From positions 104,036,001 through 104,100,000 of the forward strand of contig OZ260663.1 of NCBI GenBank assembly GCA_965285935.1: a DNA stretch of 64,000 nucleotides, read 5' to 3'. Below the pieces are notes generated by a model that was not told where the DNA came from, did not search any database, and worked only from the letters and a program-made list of their open reading frames with translations. Shown in pieces: positions 23,769-36,381 of this stretch. Position 1 is the first letter of the stretch. Each line of letters begins with the position of its first letter. The position numbers and the translations under genes are program-made. The DNA comes from Ophelia neglecta. Its lineage: Eukaryota.

Positions 23769-24219
23769 TATTCTAAACAAAACTCAAGTTTCTTTCGTTC
23801 CAATTTTATTTCGTATTTCTCAGACCATGTGCTTTACTGAAACAAACAAATTACATAAATACACTGCATGACATTACAATATGACTAGACAATTACAACG
23901 GACACACGTTTCTCATTATTAACTCATTGCTTTGACACTTACCGAATTTTATGGCTTCTAACATTCTAAGTGCTATTCTAATTTTGACACACGACCATCT
24001 AAGACGCTTGACTGGCAGAAAAAGACCGAGTGGCTAATGAAGCTTGTGCTCTATCACAAACTGTGACGTCACCGGTTTGCGCTGCCTACGACAGCCAAAT
24101 CATATGACACAGGATAAGCACATCACAAAGCGCGCTCCTGCGAGCAAAGCACTAATTACTGGCAAGTAGTATGGCATGGCTCCGTCCATATGGAGTAGCA
24201 GCATGACTTGACCATTACA
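23769..24219 (-). repeat. 5' LTR of the BEL/Pao element
   Basis: Direct repeat of 17089-17539, followed by TSD GTTAT. Confidence 0.95.
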
Positions 24220-27200
24220 GTTATTATACTAATACATCAATTTGATTGAATGTATGATTATTTACTTATATTAGCAAAGATGAACTTCGGCTCATCTGAA
24301 GTTGTCCCGACCAATCCGGTATCAGTAACCACAAACTCGGTAACATGGAGATGGAAAGAAAATACATACATTTCACACAGAGCCGCTTCTTACATCGGGT
24401 ACCGTATATACTACAGACTGTATACCACGTCATCAGGGGGGTGGTCACTGGGAACTGACGTGCCTTACTCCACCGAAGAGTGGCAGCAGGGGACTGTATC
24501 AGGATTGCAACCTGGCACAAGGTACCAGTTTGATCTGGCTGTCTATAGACAAATGACTGGTAAAGAGCCAATGGAAAGTGACAACAGATATGGAACATAC
24601 AGAAGCAACTTTCTGGAAGCCATGACTATATATACAGGTAGGATATTGGCAATAATGCCTCAAATTTCTAATAGGAAACACTCCAATTGCTACAGCATTA
24701 TTTGTGCACAAGGAAACAGTTATATTTATTAATCAGAATGTCCGGTTGGTTATTACGGCCCGTCCTGTACAAAGAACTGTAGTTCCCTATGTAAATGTGG
24801 GTGTGACATGGAGAGCGGAGTGTGTACAGTCTGGAACTTCAATGTGGACAGCGAATGGCGGGCAGGGGACCAGTGTAACATTATAATACGTATGTAATTA
24901 GCGCACTTGATGCATTATGAATTGCCAAGTTTTTAATTCTCACTAAGTTTAATGGTATGATTATACTGAAACTGTAATTGTGTAGTGGCTGACTAAATTT
25001 GTTTATGGTGCATACCACACAGAAAAGCAGCCAGGTTCGGAAGTATGTATGTATTGCTAATACCTTAACTATATTCCAGCCGTTATGCGTTTTGGTGGGG
25101 CTGATATTGTTGAGACCACCCCTGTATCTGTGTTTACGGACTCAGTGACCTGGAGATGGAAGGAGAGTACCACCAATATCTCAGACAGAGCCGCTTGCTA
25201 CATCGGATACCGTATATACTACAGATTCCATGCAACGTCATCATGGACAGAGGGAGCCGACGTGCCATACAACAACACAGAGTGGCAGCTGGGGACTGTA
25301 TCAGGACTACAACAAGGGACACGGTACCAGTTTGATCTGGTGGTCTACAGGGTAAATGTAGATGGCGAAAAGGTGGAAAGCCCGACACATACTACGCCGA
25401 CCGCAAAGCCACTCTGGATGCTACAACACTGGCAGGTATAATGCGTACAAACTAAATATGTTAAAATTAATGGTGCGTGCATGTATCACCATCCAGATGC
25501 GTTGGGTAAATAAATTCAAGCGATGAAAAAAGATAAAAGTCAGCATAAACAGTTTACGGACCTAAGTTTTTCTTGGATGCTCACGCATCGACATTTGAGT
25601 ACTGGTTTACGGTCCATCACTTTGCGAACGAATGCGTTCTACATAAAATTATAAATAACCAATTGTTCCTATTCCATTCCAGACGTTCGTCTATCAACCC
25701 GTCCTAAGACCAGATCTTTAACAACTACAACAAAAGTTACCGTTATTACATCAAGTGTATATACGCACTCACCGTTCTATACCCAACCTAGTACGATCAG
25801 GCCCGGGACTAAGATAACAACAACAATTTCCGTTGGTCCAACTCGACTATATACGAATCCACCGTCTCAAACCCCACAAAGTACGACAAAAAGGGGTACT
25901 AAAACGACCTTAGGTACGTCCATTAAGTCAACGTTTTTAGTTCCAGTTAATATATCACGAGTTAAGTTAAAGTTCTATATGCAACCTAGTGCTACCACAA
26001 CGGGACCAAGACAAGAACAGGTACGTAAAGTATTGGCAGGAATTCATACCAGAAGTATTAAGTATTTACAATGGGCTTAAATCTTAGACATTAGTTTCCG
26101 ATGGCAGAGAAACAAACACTAGGATTAAATCAATGACGTTACAGCAACTCTTAAGGTAGATCGTTCTCAGAAGCATGAATATATAGCTACACAGGGGAGG
26201 CATCTCCTACAATTTTTTTGCAATGATTGCTTAATATATTTAAACTTGTATTACAATACACACATTTGCAATAAATATGCATTTACCTGAGATACAAATC
26301 TATTATTTTAACAGATAAATAAGAAGATTGAGAATATGACCAATATTTACAATTATTTAATATCCTGACTTATTATTGCGTTCATTACATCTTGTATATG
26401 ATGGACTTATTCTTAAAAAGGGCATTAACTGAAATTAGTTTTCTGGATAATATCATGATTGCTAGGAATGTAACAGAAGCACGCGCTTCACATGCACCAG
26501 TTGGAATCGTAGAACATCTTAATACTCTTAACTCCTCCAACAATATATTGTCTCATATCTCAACCTCACCATACACTCAAGGAAGTGGACAACTTACGAC
26601 CAACATAAAGGAAAGCAGTGTCGTACCCACATCACATCCGGTCCAGATGACGTCTACAGTGGTAGGAGGCGCCGTGGGGGGAGTACTCGGGATGTGTTTT
26701 GTAGCGGGATTACTTATATATATATTGGGTACGTATGTGAATATATGCAGATACAGCGCCAGAAATTGATGCAACATAGTATAAAATAAGTACTATTATG
26801 TGTGATAGAATAATATGTTTTGAATGCGCTGTGTTGTGTTGTATTATACGGCATTCATTAATGTATGCGGCGCTGTGGTTTTTGGTTCCTCGTGATTATA
26901 GATTTAATGGACGATTCTAGACCAATCAATTGTTTTTTGTCTGCCTGGTATCAATCCCGTTTTTATCTTCTGTATGTCTAACATGTTAACTAGTCATGTT
27001 AATAAATAATGGTGGTATTCAGACTGTTTATCCAGAGAAAAAAGTCAGCAAACCAACAAGCTGAAGTTCCTACCGACCATCAACCATCCCAGTACGAAGA
27101 CATCGATGCGTCCAATTTGCAGACTATGGATGTAACACTTGACAATGTCCAGGTATACGAAATACCAATTGCAAATAACATGCCTCAGTATGGTAAGTAC

Positions 27201-29522
27201 CCTTGGTATTGTCTATAGTAAACCCTTAATTTCGAATAAGGGACTAGCATGTGCCTTTACAATGGAACAATGGATTTTTTCTCTTTACATTATAAACTAC
27301 TACAATAGCCATGTATTTATATAATGGTATATAGGGCAGTTTGTTTGTCTTTTATCCTATTATTTCGTGAGCAGTATTAACAGCCCTAATACCAATGGAT
27401 TCAACGTGCTTTAAAGTTATGTGCATGCTTAAATAGAAATTGTAAAAAATGCATTCACATCTTTCTCCTCAAATCCCAAGTGTTGCCATATGGCCTTCAA
27501 AACTTAATGGATGCCACTCTAGCGTTATCAACAATCCATTACCAATGGAAGGCTATATACGTTCTCATGTTAGTAAAAGTGCAATAATCTTTCTTTTTTT
27601 TAGAAAACAGGGATGTGGTACAGTACGAATCTCTCATTTTACCGCAGTTGTTTAGCAATGACGATTATGAGGAAGTCAATCTGGACAATAACAACTGAAT
27701 GATTTCTTTGGAACAATTTAAGCCCTGCTTAAACTATATCATGATTCGCGATAAAAAGTAGATTTCAAATTAATCATATAAAAGGTACCTTGAGTACTCT
27801 TTAGCCCAAGAATTATTTACTGCTTGCAGACTTTTAGCTGAAAAGGGACAATTGTGACATTTTGAAGAAATACAATAACCGTATTATATTACAATAATAA
27901 CATATAGGGGCATCATATTGATTGTGGCCACATTATTAAAAAGCTTATACAATAAGTCTGGTAATATTGAATGATTAATGCAAATGTTTATTAAATGTAT
28001 ATAGCGCCAATTACAAGAAATGGCTCAATGGCCCTTTGCAGAAAAATGTATATGACCAAGAATTAGGGCTAGAACCATACCATATATTTACAATATTGTG
28101 TGCTAATGTGGAAAATTGGGGCATGAAACGAATTGTTTTATATTGTTTGACATGACATCATATTAGATGCACCTCACGCACCAAATGGAAGGCTATTCCA
28201 GACAACTGGAGCAGAAGTCTGGTATGCCTTATCACCATACCTGCTCCCTTTGAGACAGGTCTGACAAACCATAGTTGGTTTGCTGATTTCAGAGATCGAA
28301 ATGGACTAAACTGAATTAAATGTTGTGACAACTATATTGGTCCATACCATGGAGAGCATTAAAAGACAAGAGAGCAACATTGAATTTCAAAATCATGAAC
28401 AATAAATGTACGACATTGTATTGATTTAATGACTCTTAACATGATGTAGGTATAGCACGAAATCCATATAGGTAGTCGTGGTATTTTTGGAGGCTGATTT
28501 AGCGTATGCAACCAGGGGGTGGGATATGGGGTGGGTTGGGGATTTAAGGTTAGATAAGGGGCTAATTAATGCAAGATTTGGCCTCATAACAGTGACCCAA
28601 TATCAATGCTATAGTTAATAATAAGAAATAATATGAACAGTCCTCCTAACAAACATTTATAATTTAAAAATAATTGGTCTTTGCTCCATCAAAATGCATC
28701 TTGGCAAGTAATATATCATTGTTTAAACTATTTTTTTCCTTGCTGTTAACTAAGTGCCACGTTTATGTTGCAAAAGCCAATAGATCTTTATAACACAGTG
28801 CGTATCATTTTGTCTATAGTAAAGGTTCTAATGTAGTAGACTGATTACGTCAAAAAAAGTGATTGGTATATTTATAGGGTAGGCCTACTCTGTGAGATTG
28901 ACAGAGCAAAGTATTGCCAATTTAAATTAATAATCCACGGCCGATCGGATATTCAGTAAAACTCGTAAGTCCTGGATCTATAATCTATAGGAGTTATAGT
29001 AGTTATGTAGGCACATAAATGCACTGACTGTTTGGAATTTTTGGAGAAGAAGTTGGTCGGGATGGGCACAACAAGGATAAAAAACGTAGCATACTTTTAT
29101 AAATGCATAGGAATATGCTCGCTTCAGTAGAAGAGGAAACATTTGCAGGAATAAAGTGGGATTTCTTTTTTCATGCAGGGGACAAAATTTGGAGCTTAGG
29201 CTGCACTGGAATAAGGTACATATATTCAAATATTGACATTTGGCTTTCTTTGATATTAGGGAGAAAACCTTGAGGATTTCTGGAAATGAATAGTGACTGT
29301 AGTGGGTTTAGTAAACTGTTTAAATGAGACCGAGAATTTTTAGTAGAAACCGGGGGCTGTATTTGGGTGCCGTGACACATCTTGGACCTTTTCATTCGTA
29401 ATTAAACCCGGCATGAATAGTGAGAAAAAGTTAATAACAGGGCGAAAACTGGAGACATTTATTTCGCCATGAGATACATCCAACATCCGGGAGGTTCTCG
29501 GGTATGCCAAACCGGTGGGGAT

Positions 29523-30925
29523 CCCTGTATTTGGCGGATGTTTACTGGATGTACTGCACCCGGCAATACAGCAGAATTCTATGGCCATCCGAGGCCGTCT
29601 ACGGTGCAGCATATGTGGGTCAGTCTCGCGAGGTCTCGCGGGATTTAGTGCAAAATAATCGTGTTTATTGTTTTTAACACCTATGAAGTAATAAACTCCA
29701 AGGCTTAGACTAATATATTTCGCTCTTAATGGTGCTAGTGTGGCTGGTTCTAATTACACAATTAACATTATATGGCACTATCAACGAGATTTAATACCTT
29801 TTTTTCCATTAACTATGCTGCGGCATTAATCTCCCTCCAAATTTGGCCAATGACTTATTTGTTTTGTGTTCTGACTGGAAACCTGTTAAATACTTCTTAT
29901 TGCGAGTGCTTTCAATTTTTTTTTCGTTATAAGTGTATTTTATGTTGGGGAGCTGGGTATTTATTTTGTGATGTGAGTGGCCTATGGTCACCGTTTCCTG
30001 ACGATTTCGGACCAATTAAATAGATTATAATGTCTTGTTTTGTCTGCCGGGTATCCACTCAAGTTTCTTCTAATTGCTAGATTTCTTCGACATTATATTA
30101 TACATCAAATTCTCTGATTTAATGGGAATTTTACCTTTCTGTTAATTCTTTCTCATACACATTGTAAAAAGGCCTTAATCTCAGAAACGTATGTTTAAAC
30201 TAGCACTCCGCAACCTTAACGGTACGTACCTCTTGTAAGAGTGGATTTATTAAGACGCTCCACTGCATTAAAAGCTATCAAATCGTTTATAGTGTAAATA
30301 CATAAGGTCGGGAGGTTTAGGGAGTTCCTTTGTGGAGATTACTGACGCCTTAGGGCAGAGGACGGGGGGGGGGGGCGTAGTGTGTGAGGAGTCAATACTT
30401 ACTCCCACAGACTTCCATAATGCAATCCCTTTTCCGCAGCTCAGGATCTGCCCCGAAGCATTCACTTCACATTGATAGAGCGTGCGGCAGTGTCGTGGGC
30501 TGTGTCAATCTCTATCAGTTTACACAGGCGTGTCCACAGGCAGTGAATGAAGCCTTCTTTATATGGTAAAATATATGAACCCCTGTATCGTCTAGACATG
30601 GGCCGGGAGACCAACAGTCGTCTTTTATGGCAGTTTTATCTTGCCCCTTTAGTTCAGAAAAGGGGTAACCTGGAGGCGAGGGGTATTTCTCTTCCCTCGT
30701 CCTCCTCTTAATATGTATGAACGTACACTTATGTTCGTTCCCAAAAGTTTATGTAGCGGGTTTTTATTATTGAATAGCTAAAAGTCCGAGTCCTGTAAAT
30801 GGTGTTTTAATCTGCCCATCAGGCACGCGATGAGATATTACTGGCTGACAGCTTTCCCCGATACATCCTACATTATGGTTGTATTGACAGGCAATGCTAA
30901 CGGACCATTTGATATCTTGAGGGGG
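29523..30925 (+). repeat. Copy 2 of the ~1.45 kb duplicated segment (downstream of receptor B, immediately upstream of the PTP exons)
   Basis: Collinear with 11493-12975, with scattered substitutions and indels. Confidence 0.9.
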
Positions 30926-33900
30926 GTGGAGGAGTATGCGAAATTTTTGAAATCGCTGACATGTTCTCTCGACACGTGGAGGATATGTTTTCGATCAGTA
31001 TACTTCTCGTCAACCAGCTATCGTTCTCCTTTATTTTCCCACTTGTCCATGCATCGAAAGAAATGTTTTGAAGGCAATTATATTATTTTCTTGCCATACT
31101 AGACGTTAAAACATCGACAATATCGTCACGTACAACAACTGTTTTAACTCGCATACCACATTCTACGAATAGCAGGACGCCCATGACGCCAACTGTCTAT
31201 AAGATCCCGACGACAAAGCAAACATTGCCTGCAGTTGGACCTACTTCCAATGAAAACCATATCAACGGTGTTCCCATTATGAATGGTACTATCGCGGGAG
31301 TCGTGGTAGCTTGCTTGGTCCTCATCGGACTGGCTGTTGGTGTTTTTGCTTTTGTCATTCTAAGGCGAGTATAAAAGATAGTCAGGGAGGCTTATATGAT
31401 ATATTCATCTCTTTCTCATTACTTGTTTATTCGAAAATATATCCAGCTCATTTATGTAACAGTATTTTTGTCTTTAAAGGCGAAAAGAGGGCACAATGGT
31501 GATATTTCGCCCCAAAAAGAGAGCCTATGCACAATCCAATGATGTAGAAAATGGTGAGGAAATGAGGTCCATAATATCTGACTAGGTCCCAGGTAAACGC
31601 GATGAATAACTTTGCTTTTCCGCCCGGTAGTTAAAGTCCTTTCAGTGCCATGGTCATTTGCTATTCATGACGCCTGATCAGTCGGAGACTTGATTGATTA
31701 TCAAAAAAACATAATTCCACCATAAATCAGTATTTGTATATTTATATTAACAGTATTATCTGAAACCCCGAAGAGACCAGTGAAAAAGCAGCAAACGGCG
31801 AATGCAGCAGAATCGACAGAGGGGGCGCCACAAAGAATTGATGATACCGCAGCAGAAACAGAACCCATGCCTCCATCACTACCCTGCGAGTCGATTATAA
31901 TCGAGGTGGATGGTTTAGGCGGTTACATTGAAGACACATTAGATCAGCCAGACGGATTCAAACAGGAGTTTAAAGTAACAAATTTGGCCTTTCATAAACT
32001 GCTTCCTACAATATAATTATACTATTTGCATAATACAGAAAAAAACGTCCAAACAATCGTTTCCCTTGTGTACTTAATTGTAATATGGGATGATTCAAAA
32101 ACGTGTATGTATTTCAGGATATTCCAAATTGTCTTCTGCTACCTGCAAATGTCGGGCGACTGGATGCAAACAATGCAAAGAACAGGTTTAAAGATATCAC
32201 TGCATGTACGGAGATTTCTATAGTATTCAGAATAAAAATTGTTCATGATGAGAAGTACAGTATTTTTTTTCACCCTTGAAATTGTGAAATCCATTAAATG
32301 TTCGAACACATAATAAGCGTGACTTTAATTCAAATAATTATAAAAATAAGTTTGAAAAATGTTTATTCTTGACGCCGTTTACGGTTGCTGGACTATATCT
32401 TCTAGATGACTGTAACCGCGTGGTGTTGGACATCTAGAATCCCGATACCGAGACTGACTACCTAAACGCTAGCTATATAACTGTAAATAAATTTAAATCC
32501 TTATTAATGATATACAAATAAATTTGTAAAATTAAAGCCCGATAAAATCAATTATCAGCTATGAGAGTTTAGCACTCTGGCCTTACTGCAATATTATCTT
32601 TTCCTGTTTTTTCTTCTAAATATATACATTTTGCTGCGTTTAATTGCAGGGTTGCACTGGTATTGAAAAAAACATATATTGCCTCACAAGGTCAGTAATT
32701 TTGTTGCAATATCCACCCAGTTTTAATATTACACCTGCTTCATCTTCCAATTCATGAACCCACTTCATTTCAGGGTCCAAGGTCAAAACTAGGGTTGATT
32801 TTTGGAGGATGATTTGGCAAACGAAAGCCAATAGAATCGTCATGTTGACCAAATTGATTGAGGGAGACTGGGTACTGTGCTTATGTCTCTAGGTTTCTAG
32901 GCTCAGAAAATCAATATGTTAATATAATGTAGGCGTCGCATACATGTATATGCTACCAAGAACGATTTGTAATTAAAGTCACACGTTTCATTTATAGAAG
33001 AGGGCATTTACATCATTATAATAAATTAAATACTGGACAAGTCATTTATCCTTCTGTGATCATTAAATTGATTCATTGTGATTGTTAGCTTTCTTTCTTT
33101 CTTCAATCAAACTGTCTCTGAGCTTTATCTTTAACCACTTAGTTAAAACACGCTGATCTATTTACAGCGGAAATGTGAACAGTATTGGCCAAAATCCATG
33201 GGTGGCAATACCGAGTACAGTAGATTTGTTGTGACCACTGTGAGCTGTAACGTGTTTACAGATTACCAGATTACCATACTCAGCGTCAGGAAAGGGGTAA
33301 GTACATAGTAACGGCGTTATCAGAGAGAGTAAATGGTTGTAATGAACGGGGCAAGATACAATAACAAGGTTGCTATGAAAGAGACACGGTACTTTAACAG
33401 GGCTGCTAGGAACGGGGCAAGATACAGACATAAAGGTCTTGTCATCGAAATTACCAGTTTAATTGGACGCGTTTCGAATACATGATTCTCTATGAGATTT
33501 AGTTTGCCTCCCGGGTATCTATACTGGTGTTCCAACTAGTAAAGCAGTTATAGATTAGTTCATGTAAAATTTGTAGCCCCCGTATTATATATATAACTCC
33601 GATAGAAACAGACTCGTACAGTACGACACCTCCAGTTCCTGCGTTGGCCGGATAAATCGGCAACGGACCAAGCTTACCCACTGGTCGTCTTCCGTAGAAA
33701 GGTTAAGTCTTTCGATGACGTCACCGAGGGTCCAATGGTTGTGCACTGCAGGTAATACAACACATTTTATACATCAGCTGAATGTGTGAATAATAACAAT
33801 GTGTCCGCAATACAAATGAACCATATTTTTTCCCCAAATACAATAGCTCTTACTTGGTCAGTATTGTCAACAATGTTGAATTAATGAGTTTTATTAATAT

Positions 33901-34106
33901 GAATGGGTAGAAACTATATGGAGAGCTCTTATTGTCGTGAACAATAAAATACATCTGTTTCATTGTTCCAGCTTTTATGTGTATATAATACATACTTGTA
34001 TCTGAAGTTAACGAAAAATAATGCAAATGAAGCAAATAACCATGTGTCAATGACCCACAATGCTAGAAAACTATATGCATTGACACGATATGATCTTTGT
34101 TTTAAT

Positions 34107-34162
34107 GGGCGTGGCCGAGTGGTTTAGATGTTCGCCTCGGGAGAGGATCTACTCCCACCGCT
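34107..34162 (+). mobile_element. Possible tRNA-derived SINE head
   Basis: A-box-like TGGCCGAGTGG and degenerate B-box-like GGATCTACTCC; no intact cloverleaf. Confidence 0.35.
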
Positions 34163-34180
34163 GATGATATTTTGTTGTTA

Positions 34181-35007
34181 TACCAGCGCCATAAAGTCCG
34201 GAGACTAGAAGTAAATTTTTAAAATCATACGATGCCAGTAAAATACCCCTGACTCGCATACTGTCTGTCGTATAACTGCTGTGTATAAAAAAGGCTGCTT
34301 CTCATTGGTGTGCTTTGTGTAGCGTTGAAACTATTTTAACCCGGAGGAAAGGGACGAGTTGTCTAGGGGCTTTGTAAGATCTCCGGAGAAAACTGCTCAG
34401 ACATCGGTTATTCAATATGAGTCGTCTTAAATGGCGCATTATCTACCTGGTCAATATACATGGCAACTCAGTATATTTCATATCTAAATTTCTTTTCACA
34501 CCGAGGATTGAAAGTGTATAACATTATACTCCAGTTTTACCGCACGGGTGATCTGTCGATCAAGAACAATCCAGTCGACCACGCATACTCACGCGTGAAT
34601 GGGTCTTGGTGCAAATTTTAGTTGACACAAATAGATACTTTCTAAACGTAAACCAATTAAACATGGGTGGAGTCTAATCGTTTTTTTAGTTGCTGGAGCC
34701 TACTTCATCCGGCTTATACTCATAGAAGCAGTTTGCCCATACCTTCAATATAATTAGGTCATAACTAGGGTATTTCACAATAGATGGCAGTATTGCTCTG
34801 TGTGACCAGTGTATCTTGGGAGGCTGTTCACACGTAATCGCTGAGAAAAAAGCGCAGACAAACAGTAAAAAGCAACCGAAGCGTCATTTGCCTTGTGGGC
34901 CAATCAGAACACACCATATGAGCGCGTCAGACATGAAACTGCATATAGATTCGCGTCTTCAAGTTGTTTTTCCCCACTACTGGTCTCCAGATTTTATGGC
35001 GCTGGTA
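34181..35007. mobile_element. MITE / non-autonomous DNA transposon (TA-flanked, Tc1/mariner-like), intronic
   Basis: Imperfect ~30 bp TIRs: TACCAGCGCCATAAAGTCCGGAGACTAG at 34181 and CTGGTCTCCAGATTTTATGGCGCTGGTA ending at 35007. TA on both sides and no coding capacity. Confidence 0.75.
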
Positions 35008-36180
35008 TATATCAAATAATCTTGTATATTCCCCACGTCGACGTAGATGTGTACTGTTCGACCGTATGGAAGCAATACGAATCAATGCAGACCCTGAGAT
35101 AAAACACTTGCATTCGAAAATACGTACCCTAGAAGATGAAATTAGGCATTGGTTAAACCGTTAGTGACTTTCACAAATAACATCTGACGGAGCAGTGTGT
35201 ACTAGGAATGTTACTACTCCTGACCCAAAGTCAACATGTGACTCGAGTAGCCCAAACTAATAGACAGGAGCCTGGAGGACAGTCCATTGGGGATGGTTAC
35301 AGTAGTGAAAGAATCAGAACGAGAAGACCGCACCAGCCCCTCATTCCCTGGATGGACTAGGTTAAAACCTAGGCAAAGGAATCCTTAAATCGTAATAGTA
35401 GGTTCTAGATACGATGATGGACCGTTATGTAGGGCTTATAGCCATTGAATTTACTGATGTCCGGGCATACCGCGCATATGGACAAGGTAAAGAACCGAAC
35501 ATTTTAACCGAAAAGAATGTGCATAATCTCTACAATGAAAATATATTAGGCCGCAAGGTTTACAAGCTATATGGCCAGATACAAAAAAACACTAGATGAC
35601 ACCTTCTGGCCTGACGAAATTACCCGACAGCGATAAGAAACCAGTGGTAATAAACAGATTGGAAACAATGATTTGTCACAGTATAAACGTAATAGGATCT
35701 ACCACTGAAGTAGACAGCTCCACCATAAATCAAATCCTTACGTTTATCGCGGCTAGATATTTGACAATGCACGTACAAACTAATATGAATAAAACCATAT
35801 ATGCCTTCTGCATTTGAACTGATGTGTGTTTGCTAGTTCTAAGCACTGTTTAAAAGAGAATTACAGAAATACCAGTTTGCTTCATGTAATTGTTGAAATA
35901 ATGGAGGGCGTAATATGTCATATGATGGACAAATGGACCAGGGATTCCAATGTTATTAGTCCACCACAGGGAGCACAACAAAGCAAATGTTCTAGTAGAA
36001 TTCAATTTATCAATGCAGTTTCATACATGATATAATCACATCAGGTGAGAACTTAAAATGGCCTGATTGGATTTATAAAACAGCTAAATCCTACAAATTT
36101 AATACATCACCAGTTTGCTGTTTCCACAAAGTTGGTGCACTGTAGTCAAACGATTGATTCTCAATTTCATGATGCCGTAA

Positions 36181-36381
<201 letters not shown>

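Larger units (their letters stand above)
17089..24219 (-). mobile_element. Full-length BEL/Pao LTR retrotransposon, recent insertion
   Basis: Two 451-bp LTRs (17089-17539 and 23769-24219) in which I saw no differences. TSD GTTAT at 17084-17088 and 24220-24224. G-rich PPT-like TTTGGGGGCCCGG next to the 3' LTR. Gag plus PR-RT-RH-IN with Pao-type motifs. Confidence 0.97.
14336..27698 (+). pseudogene. Receptor B: EGF-FN3-EGF-FN3-mucin-TM receptor with tyrosine-motif tail; LTR element in intron 2; two small frameshifts (real or assembly errors)
   Basis: Exons: 14336-14393 (MDAVNICVFVNVLALAKSQ, signal-like, less certain), 16819-16968 (EGF-like), 24275-24637 (FN3), 24737-24889 (EGF-like ECPVGYYGPSC...), 25080-25435 (FN3; 1-nt shift at CCC 25381-25383), 25683-25913 or 26020 (Thr-rich), about 26477/26501-26728 (stalk + TM; +2 nt in the TA run 26715-26724), 27023-27192 (SQYEDI, VYEIP), 27604-27698 (VQYESL...DDYEEVNLDNNN*). 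Exon lengths of 150 and 170 nt match receptor A. Confidence 0.8.

Noticed and set aside
34107-34162. tRNA gene
   Set aside because: A/B-box-like words only; too short and no cloverleaf, so it is kept only as a low-confidence SINE head.
35414-36035. Three consecutive small ORFs repeated at 40318-40939, looking like a conserved operon
   Set aside because: Their identity is explained by the tandem duplication and conversion tract. They are intronic with no recognisable domain and are at most a decayed TE ORF.
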